A DNA stretch of 54,848 bases, the filler included, from Trypethelium eluteriae (lineage: Eukaryota): assembly GCA_051942245.1 (NCBI GenBank). It is 2 parts of 2 records of this genome, joined end to end, with 100 filler letters (N's around TTAATTAATTAA, not from the genome) between each part and the next. Parts side by side here need not be neighbours in the genome. Positions count along the whole stretch, not along the records: positions 1 to 27,458 come from JAVECL010000336.1; 1 more part is not named here. One strand, 5' to 3'. The translations under genes and the position numbers were made by a program. Shown here in pieces: positions 12,332 to 24,587 of the stretch (position 1 is its first letter; every line of letters begins with the position of its first letter). The notes below the pieces were generated by a model. That model did not search any database. It was not told the origin of the DNA and saw only the letters and a program-made list of their open reading frames with translations.

Positions 12332-12501
12332 ACTAAGCCGGACCTCAGCTAAGCCGAGGTAGCCTGAGCTGACCTGAGCTTGTCTAAGTTTTGCCTGAGT
12401 AATACTGGCTCCTATCTAAGTATTAACTAAGCATTGTCTAAAAAGTAGACGGTGCTGATAAGGGCGGGGTACTATGTTTGTAGTACCCTGTCGTAACCTA
12501 G
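12332..12501. repeat. Periodic CTRAG motif array plus two hairpins; possible transposon terminus relic
   Basis: CTRAG-like motifs at 12364, 12374, 12384, 12395, 12416 and 12427. Inverted repeats ACCTCAGCT/AGCCGAGGT (12342-12360) and GGGTACTA/TAGTACCC (12467-12488). Confidence 0.5.
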
Positions 12502-13336
12502 CGTACCTATCTAATGTCTGTCCAGGAGGGGTCAATTTCGAGATTTTCGAAGTTTTGGCAGAGGTGGGGACCTTAAGATACTCTACTCAAGAACACTAGA
12601 GTACTGCCCCAACGTTAAAGCCTTGCAAGTAAAAATGTATATCAAATTAACATCTTCACCGGGTTTTGCCCAATCGCCGATAAAGAGCATACGAGCTCCT
12701 TAACGCTACGTGCCTGCCTTGTCATGCTACGTCGTGCCTTGGGCTCGGTTTCTAAAACCTTCAGCTGAAAGTGCCGTCTCCTTGCGTAACCGTGTTGGCT
12801 TACTCAACATCATCCAATTACCTTTGCCGCCCGAAGCTCCCGACCGCCATCCTTGTCCTGAAACTCGAAATGAGCCTGGGCTGAATTATTTCTGTTGATC
12901 CACATGTGAATGGTTGATGCACGAAGCCCATCTAAGGCTATTACTCTACAATATGGTCCACTTTATGCCAAAGCGACGACCTATTCTTGGCAGCGACTAA
13001 CCTTTACCTTATTTTGGGACCTTGTCATTGGCTGTGATGCATGAGGCCGAAGAAAGTTGCAGCTGGGCACAAGCCCAAGGCAAAAGGCTGTAACCAAATG
13101 AAATGAAAGGGTAGAGGTAATCAGGCAGCAGCTTGCAGAGATTGTTCGATAAGCTGCAATAAAGGTATCTAGGTCTCTTGACTCCTTCCTCCCATTGACT
13201 CTGTATTTTTAGTGCCTTCGTGTTCCTAGCAAAATGTTCAATGTGCTTCCGGCAATTGTTTTTTTGTCATTTTATCGAGCAGTATCTGATGCGATCTATG
13301 GAATACTAACACGGAAGACAAGTATCGATCTTTGCG

Positions 13337-16300
13337 ATGCATCGTATTATTTGCTTGCTCTGACGACTTTTTCTATTGCAGGTAAGGATATATCCTGCCA
13401 CTTGGTCTGAAAGCCACCTATTGATTGCTCTTGCTTCTCTTAAGCTCAGGGTACTCTTGCTTCGACGAATTTAACCACGAAAACGTACGAGATAGCATCT
13501 CCTAGGGACACCACCATCGAGCCGTGGGACTCTGCGATAGATCTCGCTACTTTGATATCTGGGAGCAACTTCCTGTCTCCATCTGGTCATTCAAGTCTTA
13601 TCTCGAGTGACAGGGGCTTGCTCAACACTACTACGGCATCTTCCACCCAAGTACTGCCCTCCCCATCAACACGGAAACTCAGAAGCTGGTCTAGCAGTCC
13701 CGTCATTTCAAACCGTTGTCCAGCCCAGCCTTGTTCAAAGGCCGGATCGACATTTGTATCGTTCAGTAATTCGACATTACAAGCTCAAAACTCAACGGGG
13801 AACATCAGCATTGGTATCGATGTCTGCTTTGCACAATGGACGTCGTTCTGGTTAGAAAGCGCGTCCGTATATAGCACCAGTACTGTTGAGCCATTGATCA
13901 GCTTCGTCAAGTCGTCTTCAGCGGTGAGCACCATCGTTTCGACGGAGGCTGCTATACATGCGACCACATCAACATATCATGGAGGAACCGATACACTGAC
14001 AGCGACCGAGTATGATGGAGCATTTGTTTATACCACGCAAACTGAACTAGAAACGCGCTCTCCACTTACGTTCACATATAATTATGCACCTGCTAGTACA
14101 GTTACGACCACAGAAGAAAGCTATTCTCAGGGCATCAGAACCATCGCCCCGGGTACAACCATAACTAGCGGGTCCATATCCACAAGCCCGGAATGTGCTC
14201 TTCCATCTCTCGTACCCCAATGCCAATCACAATGGCTATCGTACGAATTGTCCAACACACCATATGGTGCCCTAGCGAAATCCTCACCTCCTCTCTGTTC
14301 ACAAGCGTCTATCAACTCTGGCCTCTGCGAAACGCTTAGGGACAGATACATTAACGCTTGGATATCAGAAGCTGCAGGAAATCCCTACGAAGAGGTAGCT
14401 ATCAGTGCTGCTGGATCTGTACCTGTAACTACAACGAATGCAAACGGATCGACGATCTTGACCAGTACCTTCCCAAGCACTTCAAGTCTTGCACCAGGCT
14501 GCTCTTTGGGTTGTGCGCGATGTGCGGTCACTGGAGGTCAGGTGAGACTTCTTTACTGGCCAATGGGCACAATATCACGCTCCAATACGTCCATCGTCAA
14601 CGCAACAGCTGGAACGCCTAATATAGCTCTCTTTTCCGGAACGACCCTTACATCTCCAACTGTTTATCTTTCGTACGCCAGTATGTACGCGAAAGACTCC
14701 TGCTCTGGGGTTGGCACAACGCATGGCGAAACTATTGTCCCTATTCCTGATCCAGCTGCTCTTTCCAGCCTTTATGTAATAGACTCTGGACATTGGAATA
14801 ACCAGATTCCTAGTACGGCATTCTTCAATTATACAGACCTAAACACACCTATTCCGAGATCCATATTCGAAAGACAATTACAGTGTACCTCATTCTGGGG
14901 TCTTCTCAATTGGGAGGGAGCCGCCTACGAACGCAGTTCATGTCCCAGTAGTCGGGGATACAAACCAATCCGTAGGTTATTATTCTTCTGACGCTCGACC
15001 GAGAGGTTCTCTAATGAAGTGGTTCTACCATCCTTCAGTCGTTGTCCCATCAACCGTACTACAATCTGTTGATCCTGCTTGGGCCGCGTGCTCAGCTGAC
15101 GTGCGAGGTACAGAGTCCCCTCATTTGCGTTTAAAAGCTAGATGAATTGACGACTAAATTTCTACATAGGTGTATATGATCCTCCTTATCCGCTAACTCG
15201 TGCTTCAGAAGCGGCAGAGCCTACTCCAGCCGATGTATGGCCCTCAATAACTAAAGCATCTCCTGCGTCTTCGCCACAAATAACTCAGCCCAGGCCTACT
15301 TCTGAGGGGGGAGATCCTGCTGATCCTAGCCACTCCGTTCATGATGGACACAATGGCGTTTCAACCCAACACCCAGTTTCAGTGAGCCTGGATCCAGGCA
15401 ACGAGTTATCTTCGGATGTGAATCCTTCTCAAAATCACAAGCCTTACACTGCTAGTCACCTTGTAAGTGGAGGTTCTTCGAACGCCGATTTAGGTGGAGG
15501 ATTCCGTGGAGGTGGTGGATCACATAGCAATATAGCGTTAGGCTCCGCTACGCAAAGCTCTTCGCCAGTATTCCTTCCATCAACCGCTCAACCCCAAGGC
15601 GAGCTGGAGTCCAAGAAGCCGCTAGTGACTGGCGTTGGCGCTGCAATCTTTTCAGTTTTTGGGGGCAGAAACGACCCCTCTAGCAATCTAGTACTAAGCC
15701 CCGGCTCAAGGCTATCTACGGTATTGAGTGCCGATCCCAAACTTCAACCTACAACTACCATTGCAGAGGAGACTTCGAAACTTGGCATTGGCGCAGCTCT
15801 TGTCTCTGCTCTAGATGGTAATGGCGCTTTCCAACGTACCTCTGGAAATGGAGCTGCTGGGAATGAGGCAACAAAAGAAATTAGCTCAGCTACAGATAAT
15901 GGAGGTCAGGCTATTGGAAATGTCCAGTCTGTGTCGACAACTGGCGACAGCGGTGACAACAGAGTTAATAACGCAGTCGGAGACGAGGCGCACGATACTG
16001 ATAATGGTAAGAGCGTATCATTTATGGCCTATAACGGTCCTGGGATTGCGCCTTTCACGATCAGAGGAAAGGCCTATACAGCAACATCAGGCTTACTGGT
16101 CATCGTGAACAGTCAGACATTCTCTGCAAATGGTCCCGCTATCACAATCTCCGACCAGGTGATCAGCTCAGGGGACTCTGGTGTCGCACTTGGTTCCATG
16201 ACGGTCGAATATCAGCCTCCAGCCACATTGGCACCATTCTTGCAGGGCGCTGTCATGACCCTCGGCTCTTCTGTGATCACTGCTATCAATGCTGCTGGGA

Positions 16301-17331
16301 CGGTCAAGATAGGCTCTCACATACTCGTAGTAGGCGATTCAGCAGCAGTTGTTTCTGGTTCCACCGTCTCCATAGCACCTTCTGGGGTAGCTGTTAATGG
16401 AAGGATGGTCACATTCTCTGATATCGCCATCCAGACATCGGGACCAGCTCCATACTCGACTGATAATGGAGAAGACGACCTCCTTATGGCCTTTACCATT
16501 TCCGGAACCCCCTATTCTCTCTATGAACGTCCGGGTAATCCAGGCATCGCCATCGTCTCCAACTCTCAAGACACCGTACCAATCACACTATCAGCAGACG
16601 GTCCCGCTGAAACTATTCAGGGTCACGACATCAGCCTTCTACCTTCCGGCATCGTACTCGACGGAACGACTCGAGCAGTTTCAGCCTTCCACGGGGCAAT
16701 CGCAACAATCTCATCCAAACTAGAAGCTACCTTCGTAGACGCTACAGGCCGCACGCATACAGCCTACGAGGGATCCGACGAAGCGAATGCTGTCATTGAT
16801 GGAAGTATAAGGATATCGATGGGGGGTCTTACGACTTTGGCCGACGGCGAGGTTGTTGGTCTAGCAACTTCCGCTATCCTTGTGGATGGAACCAAGTATC
16901 GCTTCTCGAGTGGAAGTGGAAGTACTACCGCCATACTGATCGAGGAAGCCGCTTTCACCGACTCTGCTGGAAACTCTCACACCGCACTTGAGAGCATCGG
17001 GAAGGACGGGTTTGGCAAGGGAACCGCAGTTCTAGACGGTAGTATTACGTTGAGAGAAGGCGGGCCTACGACGGCTGTTGGTGGACACGTTGTGGGTATG
17101 GGGAGTTCCGGGATAGTGGTCGATGGTAGTAGAACGGCGGATTTTATCTCTATAACAACGGGGAGCGTTAGTATGAGTGGAACTGGGGAGCCGCATTCGA
17201 CGACTTCACAAGAACACGATGGTTCTAACTCTTCAGATGCAGCTCGGAACGTGATGCCAAACGTAAGAAATTGGAGGTCTATTGTGATATCAGTGTTGGT
17301 AGTGTGGATATGGAACTATCCTCCATCATAA
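13337..17331 (+). CDS. Large secreted Ser/Thr/Gly-rich protein with Cys-containing domain and C-terminal beta-type repeats; probable cell-wall/GPI protein (4 exons; start uncertain, 13234 or 13337)
   Basis: Introns at 13382-13444, about 14972-15038 and about 15108-15169 join the ORFs. Motifs CSLGCARCAVTGGQVRLLYWP, GTTLTSPTVYLSY and DPAWAACSADVRGVYDPP, repeated GPAxTIxGxxISxxxSGxxxxG units, and a hydrophobic C-terminal tail. Confidence 0.8.
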
Positions 17332-17440
17332 GGTCACACTAGCGGAAAAACTATTAAGTAAAAAAGGAACAAGTATGGCGTCGATCAAAAAATTGTTCTC
17401 ATAATGGTACTCTCTTGCCAGAGTAGTGTTCTCTTTTACA

Positions 17441-17530
17441 GTGGTGAAAATGGAATCGGATTGGGGACTCGCGTATGACAGTCATTCCAGAGCGCCCGTT
17501 CATACGTCAAATGTTCGCCGATATCTTCTG
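17441..17530. repeat. Short dispersed repeat, homologous to 11720-11810, between two convergent gene ends
   Basis: 58/67 identities with 11741-11807. Confidence 0.85.
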
Positions 17531-17561
17531 TGTTTCTTTCGTCCTTGAACATCTTTGTCAC

Positions 17562-19010
17562 TTAGACAATCCTGTTCAATCGACACCTAACACAAAGCCG
17601 CATGCCACAGTCGGGACACTCCAACAACCATCTGTAGTTCGTCCCGCAGAATACACACGGTCCCGCGAAGCCATGCCTCGTGCGAGTCCAGTCATTCCCG
17701 ACGGCATGGCCACACACATGAGGATCATTCTGGAAGCCGCGGTTTCGTGCAGCTGTAGCTCGTTCCTCTTGCGCCACTTGTCGGTTACGTTCATCTAGCA
17801 GACGGTCCTCTTCGAATTGTGGGCAATTACAGGTCTTCCACCGTGCGCCGCAGAGATAGCAGAATTGGTTTTTACAGAGACAGCTAGCATTGGTTAGCAG
17901 AGCATTCAAGAAGGGAATGAGTAACGCGTAGATCAAGCATGGGGCTTGGAATAGATATCCTTTGCATCTCTCGACGACTTCTTTCCCAAGGCTTGGTAAC
18001 GATAAGAATTGAAGGGTTCCTTACGTCATATGGAAACATCCTATGCTCAATTCGATCATACGTCTGCAGCTTGTGCATCGTTTCCAGCCTTTGTCGCCTG
18101 CTAGACGTACAACCGATCGAATCTCAGGATCTTGTGGGCAGTCCTCCCCTTGGTGACTTTCTTGTTTGCAAAAGGCACATGTTTCTGTATTGCACTCCAA
18201 ACAGACAGCAACGTTGTTCTGAATATCCGGCTGAGGAATGAACGTGGAACAGGACGGATTGCAACAGTATGTCCTATTTTCAGTGTTGAACTCGACCGAT
18301 TTATTGAGGAAATTGAGAGTTGCTTCCGGTGTGAGGAATTTTTGCACTGTCTCGAGAGGTATTGGGTTCCTGCAGCACCGGGGTGGATAGAGTGATTCGT
18401 CTTTTGTCGCCATCTCGAACAGTTGAGCGGCACAATTGTTGCAATAGACATGATGCTCGGGCTCACACGAGAGCTCGATTGTCTCGTGTGTGGGAAACGT
18501 CTCGTCGCAGATAATGCAAGTACTCCTAGGGAGTCCCACTTCTGTCTTCGACAATTCGGCATGGCTCCAGGAGAGAGATGCTAAAGTGGCGAGAGAGTCA
18601 TCTAGGACTGGCCCCTCAGAAAACTGGTCCGTATCGGGAATGTCAACAGCGGAGCCTCCGCGACGGTACGAGCCGTTGTGGCGTGCGAGCTGTCTTTCAA
18701 TAGGCCTCTTTCGTTTACGCAGTCCAGCAAATCGAAGAGCAAGTTCATGGTCCCGAACAGCTTGCTCCTCTGCAATAAGAGCTTCCTCGATCGCCGGCAC
18801 GTCTTCTCGGCACGCGCGAGATAGGCCGCAGGCAACACGGCGGTCCTGCAAAAGCTGCAGTTGGTGTCGCAGCACCTTCAATGTCTCACTAAAGGCAATT
18901 TCGCTGTCACGAAAGTCTTCGCTCAAACGATTAGCTTCGCTGAGCGCGATTTCGTTTTGGGCGTCCTCAATGAAAAGCTTGAAGACAAGCTCTACCTCCT
19001 CAGCATCCAT
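17562..19010 (-). CDS. RBR-type (RING1-IBR-RING2) E3 ubiquitin ligase, paralog A (exons 19010-18025, 17883-17562)
   Basis: RING1 CIIC...C...HVYCNNC...PPRCC. IBR YCCNPSC...CLEC...CAFC...H...C. RING2 CTSC...GCFHMTCLC...FCYLC. GTAAGG...GCTAAC...TAG intron at 17884-18024. Confidence 0.93.
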
Positions 19011-19841
19011 ACTCTACCAAGCCAGCAGCGGGATCAGGAAAACAGGAATTGAGAGCAAAACCCCTCACTACAAGTAAAGCTGTGGGCCAAAGGTTAGGAA
19101 AACGAAATGCTACTGCTGGTAGACGTTGTCAATCAAGTGGTCTCGCAAACCTTAGCGTAAGGCTGAAACGATGGGGCTAATGATGCCGGGCAATGTTTGA
19201 GGGGTACATGGTCAAATTTCGTTGCTGGTCACAGCCTCAGAATATGCTGTGAACAAAGGGGATCCAATCGCAGAGGCTACGAAGCTTGCAGGTCACACAC
19301 GTGGAAGATCTCGAGGTGGAGCAAGGAAGGCAAGGCTTCTTGGAACAAAGCGTTGCCGGAAATTTGCCGGAAACCCCCGGAAGTCTGCTGAAGACAGGAC
19401 TGCGATTCTACTAATGTTTATGTTCACAAAATCTCTTGAGCGCTCTTCAAGCTCGACTACGTCAACATACACAAGATCCACAGTCATTTGCACTCTGGCA
19501 TCATTACATAGGTCTCTAAAATGATGTGTTTGGATGCTCCGCCCCGAGTAGTGTCGTCCTTGTCTCCATTACCTTTGCCTCTAGCTCTTCTGCCTCCCAC
19601 TTCGAATGAGAATCGCGGATTGCGAGACATGTGCCTCTTCACCAGAGCAATCGCAAGAGTATAGCGCTAATAGTGTGCAAACAGGTGTGGTGGTGGGGTG
19701 AAACCAGACTGATGGCGCAAGAAGTGCGCAGAGCACGGTGTGTGGAGTTCCGGGAATTCTCCTCTCGACGCTCGTTCCGCGCTTCATCAGAAGATTCTTC
19801 TTGACAGTACGATAATTTTTATACTGCAATTGAGACCGCTA

Positions 19842-22255
19842 CTACGTCTCTTCATACTTTCGGAACCTCCTCCCTTTCGCCAACGGCGTCCCCGACCCAA
19901 GGCCCAGCTCTCCAACCTCACCATCTCCATGCGTGGCATCTCCGACCCACCCAGGCGCCTCATCCAGCACACGCAGCTTATCGGGATCCTTCACATACGT
20001 GAATGAGATCCGCTCCGACATCGCCGCGCCGATTTGCATCATCGCAAAGGCATCCAACTCCCTCGTCCACACTCGCCTCCGATTGCTGTACACTGCGAGC
20101 GCTGCCAATGCCGCCAAGTAAGCCCCTAGCAACACCGAGATCAGCACGATGCCCGACCGTGCGATGACCGCAATGGGCGTGTCAGCGCCGAGATCGAAGC
20201 TCACGTACAGACTGGGAGAATCCGGACTCTGGATCAGCCAGGCTTGATTGGCGAGGAAGGCGGCCGCCTCGAACGCATTCACAATTTTATTCTGTTCGAA
20301 GCCAGTCGCGAATTCCATGAGCCACTGCTCGATCTGCCGGTGTAGGGTGTCCAGCTGCTTGGTCTTGCCCAGCACGCAACCGGGATAGAGGCCCCCATCG
20401 GTGGTGTACTCTGTACTCCGGCCCAAGAGCAAACCCATCATCGGCTCCTGCTCCGTGCAATATTGCTGAAACAAAGCCTCACTAGCACCCGCGTCGATTT
20501 CGTCCCATATGTTGGGGTTGGTGTAGTTGTAGATGTACGCCTCAGGGTTCTGGAAGCGGTTGGCGATGAATGAGCCCTCGCCAAAAAGGGCCATGGCTAT
20601 GGTAAGCAACGGGCCTTTCTTGCTGGTCGCCTCTAAGATGACGGAGGAATTGGACATGCCGGCCGTGCCATTGTTGATCGAGCGGCGATATCTTCCGGAG
20701 CTGACTGGGAGCTGGGGATCGGAATAGGAACCACAAGTGGCGCCTTTGATGGCCTCCACAGAGCAGTTACCCTCCCAGGGACTTTTGTCGAGTAACGGAC
20801 CGGGTTGCTGATCGTTATAGTAGTTGGGCAGCTCAAAGTATCCCATTGAGGTGTTCAACGTGATTCTGAACAGACCGGTATACGCAGTCAGGTTCGACGA
20901 CGTACTGTTTGTCGAGATGTTTAGATACAACTGCTCGGATATGTCCTGACGGTCTCTTGTAGCCTGCCACGGAGAATGGGTTTGATTAGATGGCATGCAC
21001 GCAATGGCAGACCAACTCCCCGCAAAATTCGTGCTGTTAAAGACGCCGTCGTGGTTGTAATGGACGTAGAAAGCTCCCGGAAGTGACTCGCATTCGACCG
21101 GGAAGTCGGATTCAGCTATAGCATCGCGAGTCGCCGAGGAGTTCATTCGAGGTAGGAACTGCCTTATAAGACCGGTATTGATTGACGGAGGAAGCTGTGC
21201 AAGAAATGGATCGTTGAGGAGCGAAAGATTGGACAACGTGATTCCTCCGAATGAGCACCTTGGCGAAACAAGGCTGTCATCATTACTTGTTACATTACAG
21301 CCATCGGAATCCCTCGACCACAACCGGTTTTGCAGGTCTGTTGAGAAAGCAGACGTGATGGCCGAACGCGTCAAAATGGAGACAAGGTTATCAAAATCGT
21401 CGCCTTCGGGTCCCGTTGACTTTGATAGAAGATTCATCGTGTCGGTGATACCATCAATGAACCGCGATTCAGTCGGCGTTTTCGTAGTGGATTGTTTCAC
21501 GAACAAGGACTCAAGCGGCGAAATGATTCCGCCTGTCTGTGCGTCAGGAGCTGCATCGAAAGTCCGCACAAGTTTGGGGCATACCCAAAATATTAAGCAA
21601 TATTGCAAGACTCAGAAACGAAGATCCGTATCTCCGAAGATCTCCAGAGAACAGCCTCCCATAGATCGCTGGATCATTCCATCCACGATTGGAGAGAACG
21701 ACCATCTGTCGCAGAGACAAATTCGTTCTCTTCGATGGCTGCTGAGTAAATACCACAGCGGCCTTGGAGCATACCGCAGACGTCAACGGGATAGTCAAGA
21801 CGCCAACGATAGATTGGATGACACGAGCACTCTCCAGCCATTTCTGGTTTTTCTCGTACAGGGACTGGATATCAAATCCGCTGTACAGATGGCCATAGTA
21901 ACGATCTGATCGGGGAAGGTCAGCAAACGTAAAGATGAACTTTGCAGACAACAGGCGTACTGTAGTATGGCGTCGTAATGGGTCGATAAGTCGTAACGCA
22001 GAGGACCGTCCATGCGAAGATAGCAAGCACTGAGTAGGCGCCGACAAGGACGAGGATCCACGATGAGCGGCCAAGGAGCGCAGACGGCGGTGGATCGACT
22101 TTCTCTTCGTTTGTTTCTTCGTCAATCCGTCGCTCGGATGCTGTGTCGTGCACCGATTCAATGGGAGAGACTGACCGAACAGAAGCTTCTGATCTGTCAT
22201 CTCGCGTTGCGCGTTCGTCCTCGCCGGACATCGGCATTAGTGGCGTAGAGTCCAT
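19842..22255 (-). CDS. Uncharacterised fungal membrane glycoprotein (N-terminal TM segments, large lumenal domain, C-terminal TM), 3 exons
   Basis: Three ORF pieces joined by GTACGC...GCTGAC...CAG and GTATGC...CAG introns give PYYNRYYG and LNILGGIISP. Many NxS/T sites; C-terminal TM followed by WTRELDAFAMMQIGAA...PGWVGD. Confidence 0.8.
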
Positions 22256-22779
22256 GAGGCATTAAAGAGCGACAAGAATCAGGTATGGCAAGAGCTTTTG
22301 TCAAGCCTCGCTTTGTACATCTGGCAAATGTGTGCAGCCCCCCTCATTCAGCTGATTGTTTGACAATGCAATCCTTCAGCGTTAAGGGTGTGGCGGAGGG
22401 ACGCCTGTGGCAGTGCACGCCTGATGAAGATGCAGCATTGCAGTTGTGCGCTGCTCCCGATAATCCGGCCAGTGTTTCAACGAAGGAGCATTTGTGCATT
22501 GTGGTGCCGTGTTGGCATTCATGCAGCGAGTAGAGTGACATCATGACGGCACGGCTTGCTAGTGGACTCTGCGGTTTCTGTCTTTCATTCTTGAGCACCT
22601 TGAAGCTATTAAAAGTTCTGCTTCTGTTTCTTCTTGATGTAGCTGTAAGAGGTTGGTTGTGGTAGTGTGAGAATAACAATGGTATTATGGAGACTAACTT
22701 CTGGCGAACCTCTGTGGGCCTCTCCCGAGAAGATAGAGTATGGGCCGCCTAGCGGCCGCACGTGCACAGATATGTGCCA

Positions 22780-23602
22780 CAAAGGTTGAGCAGTGTGGCT
22801 GAAAACAATAAACCCGGTCAGCCGTCGAGAATTCAATCGCCTTATCCAAGAATACTGCAACGAGCTCACGGGAGAGAAAATCTTGAACGTCTTCCAGGTC
22901 GATCGGTTTCTTACAGCAGCGCGGGGGTTAAAGCTGCTCATCCACTATGCTCTTCTCAAACAGCTTCACAACACAGTTGCGACACCACGTATGCGGTTCC
23001 GGATCGCAGGGCAATTGAACCGAGTCAAAAACGAGGACTAGATCTCCGCAAGGTACACAGCGAGCCCGATTGACAGCTCCCTCAGCCTTCTTGGCCATGG
23101 AGGCCGAGTGACTGCAGGCAGCTGCGTGGCTGGATTCTGCTGTTTCGACGGGATGATCGGGGAAGGAGAACGCAGATGAAGCAACTGAAATACTAGAACT
23201 GTCATGCTGTTGTGATTCTTTGGCGCTGTTCGGTACTGGAACCAAGATCGGTTCCAAACGTCCATCGGAGGTGCTGGTATCATTTGGCTCAGCTGATTGA
23301 GGAGGCACGCGCATGCGCGCGCGGCAAAGTGCCATGTCATGGTCCTGGTTTGCTTGTTCTTCTTGGGAAATGAGTTCCACTACCATGCCAGCATCCTCCA
23401 CATAAGCTCGATTCATGCTTGTGGCGAGTCTCTTGTCTTGGTAGAACTGCAAATCCATACGGAACTCTTCTAGCTGGGTTTCGAGGGTAAACTCCGAATC
23501 GGAAATGACACCTTCTCGTTATTTACCCTTGTCGTGGGCTAGCAGATCCTCAATATCTTGCGTGTGGATCTCGAGCCTTAAATTTGCAGATTCTGGACCC
23601 AT
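22780..23602 (-). pseudogene. RBR E3 ligase pseudogene, paralog B
   Basis: MGPESANLRLEIHTQDIE...KGK*REG (TAA 23519-23521), RING1 CVPC...HTWCRNC...DEQL*PPRCC (TAA 22928-22930), then DRVYCFQPHCSTFV. Homology ends within the IBR and no RING2 is seen. Confidence 0.88.
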
Positions 23603-24587
23603 CGTCTTCGCGAATGTCAGTTGGGTATATCGCGAGACGGCTTCGAATGGCTGCTCGTACTTACCAGTCTGGTCGTGACGCGACAAGGTCAATCGAATTT
23701 TTTGAAAGAGAGCAAAAGGCAATATGCGCAGTGACAAATATGAACACTCATCAGATACAACCGGAGAAGAACCGAGAGAGGATGTGTTGAGCCTTGAATA
23801 TTTCTCTTGCTCCACACACTGAGAACCCTCTCATTAAGCCAGGTGTAGCGAACTGCACAGCAACTTGCAGTCAACACATCTTTTAGTAGATTGATCTCAG
23901 AACTTATGTCGACCATCATCTCTAGTGTGACAATAGGGCAAAGACATACCCCAAACCTCGTCTTGTTATTGAGGCACATTGATCCTGACTATCTTGGGGT
24001 TCGAAAAGGACGTGAAGATATGTCAGCTAAAGTACAAATAGCAAAATTGATACGTAGCCCGGGTTCTATTGTCGAAGGGTTCTACTGTCGAATCTTGATA
24101 CTTTAGAGTCCGAGGAGACTCTCAATACGGCAGAATTCAGCTTAAGTATATCTTCAAGTGGACGCCATCTCTTCGCTTAGATCCACGAACACCAGGGGCC
24201 CAGGGCGCCAGTCCTCACTGAGAACTTCAGGGCTCGCGTTACATCTTTCACGGCGAGCGGACAATGAATAGTAGCACGGTGTAGTCTAGCAATGCGAAGA
24301 ACCTCATTTTAACACTCAAAAACACGTTAGCCACCGAGATCCAATTGCGTTCTGCTTTCGTCATACCTTCTACCGTCCCTGATTGTATAATAGACGATGA
24401 AAACTGTTACCTGACGATCTTTGGAGCTAGAGAGGTGGTCGCGATATGTGACATGTAATTGACTTCAGAGCTTCTCAAGGGGTGAATTTATAACACCTCA
24501 TCGCGAATGCGCTGCTGTAAGATTCCCGCGCCCCTTCTATCATTCGCGCACAAATGATAACCGAATACGCCACTCGAAAGTGAAAAG

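Noticed and set aside
18490..21909. Long plus-strand ORFs (18490-19077, 21178-21909)
   Set aside because: Antisense shadows of well-supported minus-strand genes, with no motifs.
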